Source: Selaginella moellendorffii
Lineage: Eukaryota > Plantae > Lycopodiophyta
Reading direction: 5' to 3'
DNA: 64,000 nucleotides
Assembly: GCF_000143415.4 (NCBI RefSeq)
Contig: NW_003314302.1
Location: 1,181,820 to 1,245,819, forward strand
The notes beneath the pieces were generated by a model. The model was not told the DNA's origin and made no database searches. It was given only the letters and a program-made list of their open reading frames with translations. The position numbers were made by a program, and so were the translations under genes. Of the stretch, positions 23,900 to 37,550 are shown piece after piece. Position 1 is the first letter of the stretch. The number at the start of each line of letters is the position of its first letter.

Positions 23900-26800
23900 A
23901 AATACTCTTTTTTTTTGTTAAAAAGTCCATAACACATATTTTTAGCCCTAAAAGTTGACAGTAAGAAATTCGACTTTAGGGTTTTATAATAAAATATTAA
24001 AGCAGAATATTCTACCTGACCGTTGACTTATATAAAGCTTTGCCGTAACAAATGCATTTCCTAAGTGTCCACAAAGAGGCGTTCGTAGTGAAGCAGTAAA
24101 GTTTGAGATTGTATAAGAAATTCAAAAGAATGATTCACATAAATACTTTGCCATGATGGAGAAGGCCAAGAGAAGCTCTTCAGGATGGTGTGCACCGATC
24201 CAATATCACTGATTGTGATCTTCGCCCCAAGGACTTGGGCAAGACCATGATCTGCGAGAGCTCTGTGATATTGTTCCTGTTTTCCTGATGAACCTGACAA
24301 CATTCCTCTGCTCACCGTATGGATTTGTTTTAGAGATGCAGGATCAGGAGACCTGGTGCTGTGAGGACAAGGAAAGTGTGAGGATTTCAGAGAGGCAACT
24401 GTAGCTTGTTTCATTCTTCTGCAAGTTTGTCCAGAAGAAACATCATCGATCAGGCAGATGGGAGAAGCATTATTAGACAGATCTCACTTTGTGTGGCTGA
24501 TGAAAGAGCAGCACCTCTCTCGCATGGTCTTTTGTTCATCTGATAGCTATTTCCGGAAGTAAGATGAGTGGAAGCTCCAGTACTGTATCTTGGGTTTGGG
24601 ACGCTGCAGCCAAGGAGTTCTCCCAGAATCACTGGAGGCCATGGAACCTTGGGAGAGGGAGACCAATGTCTTGACGATCTCCTAGCCAGATTGCTCAATT
24701 GGCTGTGGAGTGCCAGGTGGTTGATGCTGTTGACGTTTTGGAAAGCTCCAAACCACAACGAGAGGAACCTAGTTAGTGAAGAATGGATTCGTAGCTCTGT
24801 CGAAAGTTGATATACAGGTTTATAATTGAAATTTATTAATATTATAAGGATTTAGGAAATGTAATAATCATATCTGAAAATTAGGTCAAGCTGTATTGCG
24901 TAGGAAAGGCGCGCATTCTTTGCGACCAATGGCGTCGCTGCTACCACAGGCGCTTCTCATTCGACTGTTAGCATCACACTTGTCGGGGAGTCCGGTGATC
25001 TTGCAAAGAAGAAGATATTTCCAGTCCTCTTTGCATTGTTCTACGAGGGCCATCTTCCCCAGGTAAGAACGAATCCATCTTTTTTACTTTCACAAGGCTT
25101 TGTGGCTACGCCAGGAGCAAGATGACCGAAGAGTTGCCATTGAAATCAGTGGCAATCTAACTTGCCGGACCGATAGAAGGTTTGCGTGAAGTGTTTATCT
25201 AAAACGACTTGTTTTTTTTTCTTTCCTACAGTGAAAACTGTGGAGACAAGATGGAGGAATTCTTGAAACGCTGCTTCTATCACCCTGGCCAGTACGACTG
25301 GCTTGAGAATTTCGCTCAACTACATGAAAAGCTCAAAGGCCACGAGGTATCTAGTTTTTTCGTGCTGTTACAACTTACCAGGATTACAACTTATTCTCTG
25401 TTTTCTTTTTCTTTGCTGCAGCAAGGAAGAATTGCACACCGCTTGTTCTACTTATCAGTTCCTCCCAATGTCTTCGTGGCCGCAGCAAAGTGTGGCAGTC
25501 TTGCTGCCTCATCGTCAACAGGATCGACTCGTGTGATTGTGGAGAAGCCATGATTCGGAATCTAGCGCACAGCTAACAAGTGGACTTAAGCAGTACTTGA
25601 ATGAAGATCAAATATATCGTAAGAAGGTATTTCTCTTACTTGGCTTGATAGTCTCTTCTTTTTTCGTACAGCATCGATCACTATCTTGGAAAGGAACTTG
25701 TTGAAAATCTCTCGGTTCTCCGGTTCTCCAATCTGGTGTTTGAACCTCTGTGGTCGAGAAAATACATTCGAAACGTGCAGATTGTTTTCGCTGAGGACTT
25801 TGGTACCGAAGGACGAGGAGGGTGTGTAGGCTTCACACATCTTTTCTGTTTGTAAAACGACTTAACATTTCTTCCAGGTACTTTGATCGCTACGGCATCA
25901 TTCGAGACATCATGCAAAACCACTTACTCCAGATTGTAGCCCTGTTTGCAATGGAGCCTCCAGTAAGCTTAGATGCGGAAGACGTGAGAAACGAAAAAGT
26001 AAGCTAAACTTTTGCCTCGGTATGAAGAGATTTTACTCGTTTTCTCCAGGTAAAAGTTGTAAGGTCTATGAGGCCTCTAAGTATCGAAGATACTGCTGTT
26101 GGTCAGTACAAAGGTTACTCCAAAGACGGTGTGAGATTCCCCGGCTACACAGACGATTCCACCGTGCCCAAGAACAGAATCACTCCGACATTTGCAGCGG
26201 CAGCTCTCTTCATAGACAATGCTCGTTGGGATGGCATGCCATTTCTTATGAAAGCCGGAAAAGCTTTGCAAACCAGACGGTACGTAAAATTGCTGCATTC
26301 TGGATTCCGCAAAGTTTCATATTTTGTTTCGTGTGTGGTTCACAGGACCGAGATTCGAGTTCAGTTTAGACACGTCCCTGGAAATCTTTTCAAGTGGAAC
26401 CTCGGTATTCTTTTCAAGCGGAATTCGGTACGGAATTAGACAAAGCCACAAATGAGCGAGTGATTCGAGTCCAGCCAGACGAAGCCATTTATCTCAAGAT
26501 CAACAACAAAGTCCCAGGGCTGGGAATGAGACTCGATCGAAGCACTCTGGACCTCCTCTACGCAGACAGGTAGAACGAGCTAACAGTTTATTCTTTTTTA
26601 CGAGCTAAAGTTCCTATGTAACAGATACTCGAAAGAAATCCCTGATGCTTACGAGCGATTGCTGCTGGATGCCATCGCTGGAGAGCGCCGTCTCTTCGTC
26701 AGGAGCAATGAACTGGACGCGGCGTGGAAGATTTTCACTCCTCTTCTCAAAGATCTCGAGAGAAAGAAGACGGCGCCCGAGTTATACCCGTACGGAAGCC

Positions 26801-27070
26801 GGGGTCCCGTGGGAGCTCACTATCTCGCGACCAAGCACAACGTGAAGTGTAGAAAAGCGCTAATTTTGAAATATTCAAATTTGGAGATCCAACGTGGATG
26901 CAATGTAAAGACCACTTCCCAGACCAGCGCGGCCGTTTGGCAATGGCGATCAATGCTAGGGCAGGGGGAGCTTTGATTGGAAGTTCGCTTGGAGAATTTT
27001 GCTTGCCATGGCATTAGATTAGTCAGAGGAAAGGTTGTTTCTTCGAAAGAGAGGCGAATGATACAGATGC
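23900..27070 (+). repeat. Segmental duplicate of ~4060-7360 (ROCK1/G6PD intergenic region plus G6PD)
   Basis: Shared AATATTCTACCTGACCGTTGAC, GCAAGACCATGATCTGC and G6PD introns; the match ends at AAAGAGAGGCG. Confidence 0.9.
24928..26850 (+). pseudogene. G6PD: G6PD pseudogene (unprocessed duplicate)
   Basis: Transit-peptide exon largely deleted. GASGD changed to GESGD. Deletion across the intron 2 acceptor. 8-bp deletion in EKPFGRD giving TGA. ~20-bp duplication near 26400. Stop region deleted. Confidence 0.92.
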
Positions 27071-29564
27071 TGACGAGATTGAAGAGCATGGTTTGGGACT
27101 TTGGTAATTATCCTCAAAGATTCACAGAGGTTTTGGGGTCTGGATAGTGAACATTGTACATTAGTGGAATATAGTGGAGTTAGTGGATATTCAATGGATT
27201 TCCCACAGGTTTTTACACAAGAGGTTAGTGACTGTTGTAGAAGTCAAGAAGTTGTTTCAGGATTTGCTGACCAAGGTATAAAGTTCAGAAGTGTATGTGT
27301 TTGATGTCTTGATAAGTCCTCTTGCTAAAAATTTCTTGAATTGGTCAAATGAAGATGTAATGAAATAAATAAAGCTTTATTGCAGAAGTAATACTATAAA
27401 TAAAGATGTTTTGATCATGAATTTAAGGCATAATTTAAATTTTATTATGATGGTTTTCTTGATGGTAAGAATAAGTGGAAATTTCTCTCAGCAAATATAA
27501 ATTTTTTTCTAACACACTTCCCAAACTTGAATTTATCTATGGAACTTTGCTAATATCTTGTTTTAGTTGTTTTCTCCCACATTAATAATGACATATATAA
27601 AAGTTAGTACTGAAGAACAAAAGCCACTCTAAAGTTTTGGATTGCCACTATTAACAGTGTTATTATTTATATAACTGGCACTTGACTATTAGCATATGTT
27701 AATGTTCAGGTAATCTTACAAAGAAGAAGACATTGTTCTATGAGGGACATCTTCCTCAAGTAAGAAAGAATGCATTTTATTCTACTCACATGGTTTATAT
27801 ACACTAATTAGAACTTTTCTCAAAAGTAAAATATTTAAAATTTCAAATTATATATAAATACAAGTACATGTTATAGATAATTTTCAGAAATTCATTGTAT
27901 GCATAATTTATTATTAGCAGTATTTGTTGCTCATAAAGGATCATTAAGAAATGTTGCTAAAGAGATTACTAAATCACAATCATTTTAATTGTTAAATATG
28001 AAGGTACATGATACTGATCTTTACAATATTTTCTTGTTGAATATACTAATTCTTTATTATTTTTTAAAAATAAATTAGCTTTATTTTCTAAAATTAAAAT
28101 ACAGTTAAATATATATATATTTTACTATAGGCCTAACTCGCAAAATTTCTAATTTTTTTAAAAATAAAATTACATGACAAGACAAAGTCAAATAGAGTAT
28201 AACCTCAAGAGTTTGGAGAAATTAAAAAATCTCAGAATAAAAATCTGAACCATGATATAAATTACTATTAGTAAAATAGGTATTACCTAAATTTTTCAAT
28301 GTAGTATACTTTTTATAACTGAAATATAATGAATTAGAATTAGAATTAGAAATTAAGGGTTTCATTCTTGAAATAGCTAGATAACTTTTTTTTAAATAAT
28401 TAATTTTTTTTGAAGAATATTTTCTAGCCCATATATAATATTCTTTTCTTTGATATCTTGTGTAGATCTAGAACATATATCTTCACATTTAACAATTATT
28501 TCAATATTTCCTGGTGAAGTCAAGATAATTTTTGAATTTGAATAAGTTGCAGGATAAAATTATTTTAAATTAATTTTTTCAATTAATTTCCATATAAGTA
28601 GAATAATTTATCTCATGTCTTCTGGTTGTAAAAGATGAAGTTGTTAAAGATTTAGGCTTAGCAGTATTAAGGAAAGATAAATTTAAAGACAGAAGAATTA
28701 TAATTAAACTTAAAAGTTTGACATCATTCTGAAATCTGTATAAATACTTTTTGTTATATAATAAAATTTATATAAATCAACGATTATTATTTATATTTTA
28801 ATGGATGAAAACTTCCAAAGTTATTTAGCAATAGTCCATACACATAAACATATGATCAAATAGATCAATAAAATATTAATAAATTTTTTCTCTGTATTAT
28901 TACGAGAAAAAAAAAATTTAGCTTAAATTTTTATTTGCTTAAGAAAACATATAGAGGGTCTGGAGTGGTAATGGTTATACCTAGAATATACTTGGATATT
29001 CTACAATATTCTAAAATCTAGTGATTGTTATTCATTTAACTTAATCTTGTATTAATAATTTATAAACTATTTTAAACACTTTCTAATATATTCTAGTTTC
29101 TTCTACTATCTAATAGAGCATTGGCAGGCCTCAGTCATCTACTATGATAACTTGCACAACAGCCACCACAAGGTAATTGCTGTGCAAGCTAAGCTCCTAT
29201 AGAGAGTTGGTGCTAGTGGGGGCTTAATTTGAGGAGTTGGCTCGAGCCATTTAAGTCAATCACTGTCTCTTTGATTCACTTGCCTACTGACAGAAGTGTA
29301 GGGGCAAGCCACTTTGTTGGCTTCCATCTAACAAACTCTCAAATACAATCATTAGAAGAACACCTAAGCCAATTGACCAAATGATATAGTTTTCAATATT
29401 GTAACTTCAAAACTTTTGCTCATTGCTAATAATCTAGGGATAAAAAAGGGCATAATAATATTCTAATAAAGAAACATAGAACATCATAAGTAATCCCATG
29501 AATGGTGGAAAATTGAGTTACCATAAAGGTGTAAAGAAAAAACTCAATATAAATAACTAAAGAG

Positions 29565-31073
29565 TGTAATCTATAATTTTTTCCTTTCCAATTTGAGAAC
29601 TTACTTGGTCTATTTAACCAGCTTTGCTTTGGCTTCAATTAAGTTCCCTTGCGAAGGTTTCCACTTATGTATTAACTTCTATTTGGTCTTACTTGGATCT
29701 AACTACTCACTACATGAACAATGAAGTGTTATCCATCTATGTATAGATTTTTAAATTCCCTTCCAATCCTTTTTCCCAAGTTAGGCTAGACTTAAGGTTT
29801 GGATACACTACCTATAGGCACAAGTAGCCAAATATATCAAGCCTCCAAGTTCTTAACATTTTTTAATACAACAAAACTTGATTATACGACATTTTAAATC
29901 CCAAGCTTTAAATGCATCTTTTACTTCGAGACCCTAGCGGGAAACACCGTGGCCTAATAGCTTAATATGGGTACCTTTACTCCCCCACTCTTGTCCTAAA
30001 GGGAAGGCATAAGCCTCTAAGAAGGAGCGAGGACCAATAAGCTATATAATACTTAAGTGGGCCACCACTCTAGATGAGGTAAGAGCATTGTAGTAGATTT
30101 CCTTTCTAAGAGTGGGAGCTATTGTTAAGCATTTTCTTGTGTGGCCTCTTTGGCACCTCCCAAGTCTATGCTCACTCCCATTTAAGGCTACTAACCCCTA
30201 ATCCCAACCCCAATTCGGTTTGGAAGAACCATTGAAGCATTCCTTCAAAATTGGGTCTTGGACCTTATTATCCCTATTATACTTTTGAAAAGCCCTACTA
30301 CCCCTTGCCCCCACCCCCCATAGAGACGATTGCTTTGGGCTTTCACCCCATAACTTGTATTAGTATTTGGACTTGGTTTCAGACTCGATCTTGGACTTGG
30401 TCTTCAACTCGATCTCAAACTCAATCTTGGACCCAATTTTGGATCTCAGACTCGGTCTTGAACTCAATCTTAGACTCAATTTCAAATTTGGCCTCATTTG
30501 ATGAGCTCTTTATCATTTCAACTTAAGACACCTTAAAGAGTTGGTTCCATACAACTCCACCACCTATAGATGAAATTTGATGCCCATATCAAATGTATCT
30601 ATTTAATCTTATGACTTGTTGACCATGCTTTAGGGGCATCCCCCCATTTAGCGATGTGCTTAAGTCAACCTCCTCAACTAAGAACCCATGATAACAAGAT
30701 ATAGGTGTTTTTATACATATCCCTTCACCTCGCCCTCGTAGAGGGTTGGGACTTGAACCTAGCCTTGCTTTACTAAGGGGTTGGGACTTGAACCCAACCT
30801 TTGTAAAATACATCTATAGATTTGACATCCCTTGGAGAGTCGAGTGTAGCTCTCTATGCTTAGTTGACCTTGTTGAACCCATACTAATTAGTTTATCTTT
30901 GGTGTGCCTTCTAATCTTAACATATGTCATTCCTCAATTTTATAAATGAATACTTTAATTAAACTTTGCATAAGTACATAAAGTTTTACTTTGCAAAAAT
31001 TTCTCTACTATCTTTTAAGTGTTTGCTAAGTTTTCCTCCAGTTCCCATATTGCTTCATAGAGTGGAAATCCTT
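29565..31073 (-). mobile_element. Degenerate third copy of the chromovirus family: chromodomain tail, 3' UTR and LTR (29565-30553)
   Basis: The reverse complement gives KGFPLYEAIWELEE, the GGTTGGGTTCAAGTCCCAACC hairpin, the PPT and LTR similarity to 15276-16421. Confidence 0.85.
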
Positions 31074-31077
31074 TCTT

Positions 31078-34000
31078 CATGGGTTGCCTCCATTATGAGG
31101 TGTGGAGTATGGGATTATATTAGAGCCGAGGACACGGCTAATTTACCAGCGTCCATTTTGGTTAAGTTATGTGGAGGAGCAAGAAGTCCAACGACAAGTT
31201 AAAGAGTTACTTGAGTTTGGATTTATTTAGCCAAGTAAGTCTCCATTTGGTGCTCTAGTTTTGCTTGTGAAAAAGGATGACTCAATATGGATGTGTATTG
31301 ACTATCGTGCCTTGAACAAAAAGACAGTGAAGGATAAAATGCTGATGCCGCGTGTGGATGATATCTTATATAAGTTTGGTGAAGCACGAGTGTTTACCAA
31401 GATTGATCTAAGTAGTGGATATTATCAGATTGCAATGGATGATGCATTTATCTCCAAGACAGCATTCAACACAAATTTCAGATATTTTGAGTTTACAGTT
31501 ATGCCGTTTGGTTTGACAAATGTATCAGCCACATTTACTTGGTTGATGATGGAGATGTTTAGGTGTTATCTTCATGAGTTTATAGAGATTTTCTTGGACG
31601 ATATTTTTGTTTTCAGCAAGAATATGGAGGAGCATAAAGTGCATTTGTGCAAGGTATTTTTGTTACTTTATGACAACAAACTTTATGCGAAGAAGAGCAA
31701 ATGTGAGTTTACAAAGTCAGAGGTGGAATATCTAGGCCATATTATGACATTTAAGGGTGTCAAGATGGATCCAAGGAAGGTGGTTGCAGTGGAGAATTAG
31801 CCTACATCAACTTTAGTGGTCGAGTTACACAGCTTTCTTGGTATGGCTAATTACTACCAATGTTTCCAACATAAGTTTGTGGAGGTGGCTATTCTTTTGA
31901 CACGATTGTTACACAAGAATGTATCATTCAAATGGAAGAAGCCACAAAAGGAGAGTTTGTGGTGTTGAAACGATTGTTGAGCAAGACTCCAGTGCTTCGT
32001 ATTGTTGATCCATCAAAACATTATAAGGTGATATGCGATGCGAGTGGTTATGCACTAGGAGGAGTTCTCATGTAAGAGGGATAGCCTATTGCATATGAGA
32101 GTCAAAATTTGAATCTTGTAGAACAACACTATTCCACATATGAGCAGGAGTTACTCTTTATTATTCATGTTTTGCGGACATGGCAACACTATTTTTATGG
32201 TGTAGTGTTCGTGGTGTTGATGGATCATAAATCACTTGTGTATTTTTTCACACAAAAGGATATGAGTTGATTAAGTGCAAAGGCTGATATCCTTGAGTAT
32301 TGTAAATCATGCGAGCTTTGTCAGCAAGTAAAGGTGCCACGAGAGAAGCTGGGGGGACTTTTGCAACCTTTACCTATTCCTTAGAGCTATTGGTGTAGTA
32401 TCTCTATGGACTTCATTACTTGTTTGCTATAAACACAAAGGCAAAAGGAGCAAGTATAAGCTATAGTGGATCGTTTGACGAAGTATGTGCAGTTGTTGGC
32501 TCTTCCGAAGATTATCATTGCCTCAGACTTGGCTATAGTCTACTTGGAGAAGGTTTTTCCTAATTTTGGTTTGCCAGAGGATATCATTAATGATTGAGAT
32601 TCAAAGTTTACAAGTGGATTTTGGAAGAGCAATGGACCAAATGGAAGCCCCTTTCTCATTGGTGGATGGGATTCTCTACTATAATGGTTGTGTATATTTG
32701 CCACGAGTGGAAGTGTTAATTACTCAAGTTTATTCCACTATCATGACCATCCAGAGGCTGATCATTTTGGGGGGAAGAAGACATATGAGTTGATTAAGTG
32801 CAATTTTTATTGGAGGAATATGAAAGCTGATATCCTTGAGTATTGTAAATCATGCGAGCTTTGTCAGCGGGTTAAGGTGCTACAAAAGAAGCTAAGGGCA
32901 GTTTTGCAACTTTTATCTATTCCTCAAAGTCATTAGTGTAGTATCTCTATGGACTTCATCACTTGTTTGCCATGAACACAGAGGCAAAAGGAGTAAGTAT
33001 AGGTCATAGTGGATCAATTGATGAAGTATTTATGGTTGTTGGCTCTTTAGAAGACTGTCACTGCACCAAACTTAGTTGCAATCTACTTGGAGAAGGTTTT
33101 TTTTTTTTTTTTTTGATTTTTGTTTACCGGAGAACATCATTAGTGATCGAGATTCAAAGTTCACAAATGGATTTTGGAAGAGTTTTGTGAAGGCTATACA
33201 AGTGACTTTGAAACTCTTGAGTGGAGATCATCTTTAGACAGATGGGCAAACCAAGCATGTGAATCAGGTGGTGCAGGATATGCTACATTGTAGCATTGGC
33301 CAAATGCAAGGACAGTGGGATTTAGGTGTTACATTTAAGTAAGGATATTCAAGATAAGCTTGATTCTGAAGCGACTGATCTAGCCATAGAACTTCATGAG
33401 ATTCTGGTGGTGTGCAAATGGAATTTGTAGGTAGCTCAGGATAGAGTGAAGAAGTTTGGTAATGAGCATTGCCAATTCCGGGAATATAAAGTGGGTGATC
33501 TCATCTTCATATGAGTGATCTTTTCATCAAGTGAGCAGTAGAACACCTTAGTGCCTTTACGGATAGGGAAGAGTGATAAAATTTCCCATCGATATGCTAG
33601 AGGCAACCCATGAGGAAGTTTAGATGGAAAAAACATCAGAAAACTCTTTGAGTACATCTTATACTACTGCTTCTCCCCCACACGTGCCTTGGTCCCCCTC
33701 ACAAACAAACAGTAAGTAACTCGAAAGTGTTCTTCCATTATGACAAGCTCACTTCAAAGATGTAGCGAAGAGTATAACAACTAGAGGTTGAATTCCCTCT
33801 CCAAACCACACATCTTTAATGCCACCATACTCTAGTGAGACACACTTAATACTCCACTTTATCTCCGGATCCACCTTCACCAACCATGGCATCCCAAGAA
33901 TGAGATCCACATAATAGATATTTGCGAGATAAAAAGTTTTTATAAGTGTGGTTTTGCCAGCAAACACTTCCAGCCTCTCTATATAAGCATCGAAATGTTG

Positions 34001-35379
34001 AGCAAAGGTAGTTGCACCTTTCACCATGTATGGAAGAACTCCTCATGTGATCAAGCTATACTCCGCAACAAACTTTGTTGAAACAAAGTTGTCATCACTC
34101 CTACTATCTAGTAAAATCTACATTGGATCGCCACAGAACATGCCCTCTAGCATTAAAGTTAATTCATGAGTGTCTTTGAGCTCTATCTTGTTCCACACAC
34201 AGTTGAGTTGACGAGCAATGATCAAAAGCTTCTTCCTTCGACTGGAATGGATGTCCCCATCATCCTCAGAATGCAAAGTTTGCAACTTTTTAGTATCTAA
34301 CTTACTGTCAGTAGAAGATTGGCCATTCTTTTTGCCCTGCTGCTTGTTCTGACAACTTTGTCTATAATTCTTCACAAAGAACTTCTGCTTCTTTGACCCC
34401 TTTGCATCTGAAGTAGTCACCACAAACTTCAACTTGTGGTGCTTGTTCCCATCCTTATATCCATGGCAATCATCATGATGATTCTCGACAGAAGGACTCC
34501 ATGAATGCTTATGAGACTTGTGCTTGTCATTGTCAAGCCAACGAGCCACATCAAAGAGATCCTCCAAACTCTTTGTAGGCTGAGAATGATGCAAGTGTTC
34601 CCACATGCTCTCACTATAAAGGCTATTAATGAAGTAGGACTTGTTCTGATCTAGATCCTTTGGAACACGAGTAATCAAATGAGTAAGCTTCTCAATATAG
34701 TCTGTAAGCATCCTTTTCCCTTGCTAAAATAATCAAAGTTCTATACGAACATTCTCCATGTTGTAGTGAGGGGCAAAACATAAATGAAAAGCAGCTTCAA
34801 ACTCATCTATGGTTAACACTGGTGGTTTCTTATCCGCAACACAAGACTCCTCAAGCCAATTCCACCATCGAAGACCTGCATCATGCAAAACCATTGAAAT
34901 AACCATTAAAGCCTCTGCATCCAGAGTTCCCCTAACAGCCAATAACTTCTTCACATTGGCTAGCTAAGCAAGACACTTGTCCATACCACCATCACTAGAA
35001 AGGTTGGAATCTTGAATTGATCTACCAAGGAAAGCTTACTTGGAGCGCTACCACGTCCAACCTTGAGTGCCTCAACACGCCCACACATGATATCCATCAT
35101 GCCATCTCGTCTTGCATCTCTTACTAATTTTGATTAAAGGCTCATAACTCATGAATAACATCTTTAATGGTCCAAACCTCCGCAACTCCATTAGCACCAT
35201 CATCAACACCACCATCAACAATAGGATTTTAACATTCAGCTTGGTCAGCCATTGCAACTAACTCCTTTAAATACCAATGTTCCCTTAAACCCTAAGCCAA
35301 TTGGCTAAAGGGGTGATCACTTGATTGCAAGGCCCTTTCTTTATCATATTATCATATTATCATGACCTGGTGCTTAATA
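31078..35379. mobile_element. Rearranged Gypsy family E: 102-bp LTR (35278-35379), PBS and gag-PR on minus; RT-RH-IN on plus
   Basis: Minus: LRWWNWL, FAPHYN, DLILGMPWL. Plus: MCIDYRAL, FLDD, HDHPEADHFGG. The IN segment is duplicated internally. Confidence 0.8.
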
Positions 35380-37550
35380 GTCTTGGTCTTGATCTCGGTC
35401 TCGGTCTTGGTCTCAGTCTTGGTCTTGGTCTTAGTCTTGGTTTAAGTCTCGGTCTCGGTCTTGACCTTAGACTCCATCTTGGGTCTATCTCGGATTTGAC
35501 ATCAGACTCCATCTTAGATCTATTTCGGACTCCATCTTGGGTCTATCTCAGACTCTATCTCAAGTCCATCTTGGGTCCATATCAAACTCCATTTTGGACT
35601 CCATCTTGGGTCCATCTCAAGTCCATATCGAATTCCATCTTGGACTCTATCTCGAGATCATCTTCTCAAATTCCTTCTTGAACTCCTTTTCAGAATCCAT
35701 CTAGAACTTTTTTTTGGACTCCTTTTTAGACTTGTTCTTGACACTTCCATGTGTCACAACACTCTCCATATGTTAATATTTCTTGTGTCCACTACAGATA
35801 TCATATCAAACACCTCACTTAAGAGGAGTTCTGTGATGAAATTTATCATAAGACATTTTCATGGATGATTGGGGATTGGGAGGCTTTGAAAGAAACCCCC
35901 ACTATCTTTCATTACGACCTTCACCTATTGATATGTTAAGGATGTCTTTACATAGTCTTGAACATTTTTATCTATGTTTGGCTAGTGATACTTTCTTTTG
36001 AGTAAGCCTATTGTTTTGGGCATTTTGTTGTGTCCTATTAAAGGTATATAAAAGATTAATTTTTCCATTTTATTTTAGTCACTTAACCATGCTTTGGACC
36101 TCTTGAAGAAGTCTCACTCACAACCTCTATAGATCCTTATCTGCCTTGGGATATTTGCCTACCCCTAGATATGATCTCAAGACCATATCAGCTTCGTATT
36201 GAGTCCAAGTGCTCTATGTGTTCAATTTCACTCCTAACAGCCCAAAGATACCATTAACATTTTAGTATATTACACTAAGGTTATATCCATTTACCCTTGT
36301 TTCATTGGTAATCCAAGACCACCCACAATATGGTTCTATCTCTTTGACACTAAGCCATCTATCCATGAGTGATCATTTCATGACTACACCTTAACATTTT
36401 CAGGATGCCCCAAGATACGGGGAATACCATCCCCCAATATCCTTCCTTTAGTCCCTATCAAGTCCCTCTATTTATGACAGTGCTTGCTAACACCACCACT
36501 AGTTTAGGGCCCAAAGGCCTATCCACTAAGCCTCATTCACCTTTGGGACTTTCTTACCACATAACCTTACCCTTGGTCACCAAGCAAGAGGACGATTCTT
36601 TTTTCTTTCCATGGTCCGAGACTTTGGGATAAGATTTCAAAACATTGCAGCCTAGTATAAGTTTCATGTGTAATCCTCCCACCTTTCACCACTAGGGTGT
36701 TGCAGCCATATGGCTAGAGTGACGTTCCGATAAGCCATGCAAGGTATCTAAGTAAATAGTGCCACCCACACTTGGATTGGGAGTATTGACCATCTGATTT
36801 CCCAGAGGAGCTAGAGCTAACTTTGGAACACCTCACCAAGTTACCCATTTGTTCATCCATGTCGGTTTCAGGCTTTATTACAAACTCCATCTTGGGCTCC
36901 ATCTCAGGTTCCATCTCAAGCTCCATCTTTGACTCTATTTCAGACTTCTTTTCGGACTCGATCTTGACACTTTTATGTGTCATAACACTTGTCATGTGTT
37001 GGTCCTTCTTGTGTCCTTTTCTAGATACTCACTTATTAATCACTTCATATTTATTCCTTAAGTATTTCATTGGGAGTTCTACTTTTGCTCTTGACTTTCT
37101 GAGCTAAAGCTTTTTATCCAAATATATTACACTCATTGAATCTTCACTTTTGGCCACTACTATATAGCACACTTTCAAACCGACATTAAGGCTTAGAGAT
37201 TTGTGTTTCACAACACCACCACCCATAAATGAATTTTGATATTATCATCGAATGATAAACTATTTTCTGAAGTAACCCCTATCATAGATTACCATTTCTA
37301 TCTTTTGCACTAAACAATTATTCATCAATGGTTTAACACCGAAGGGAAATCATGCCTTGCATGTCCTTGATGAAGTATAGACCCTCCAACTTAGGGACTT
37401 ATTAAATCCTTTATTTTGGTCTTCTCACTTTGTTGGATTAGATCCTACTAAACCCCCTAGAGACACCTTCTCTATCTCAATCTTACTATTCATTCTAGAG
37501 TAGTTTCAAACCATATCATTATAACCATCACCTTTTTGGAACTTTAATAT
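35380..37550. mobile_element. Decayed repeat with 6/12-mer arrays (GACTCCATCTTG-like), probably a retroelement continuing at 51405-53850
   Basis: Arrays at 35380-35740 and 36860-36970. The host sequence is split by family D, which carries an AATAT TSD. Confidence 0.45.

Noticed and set aside
24928-26976. Functional cytosolic G6PD isoform created by transit-peptide loss
   Set aside because: Multiple frameshifts, a lost splice acceptor and damaged cofactor motifs.
27100-29560. hAT or Copia remnants in the AT-rich stretch
   Set aside because: No convincing motifs or termini could be read.
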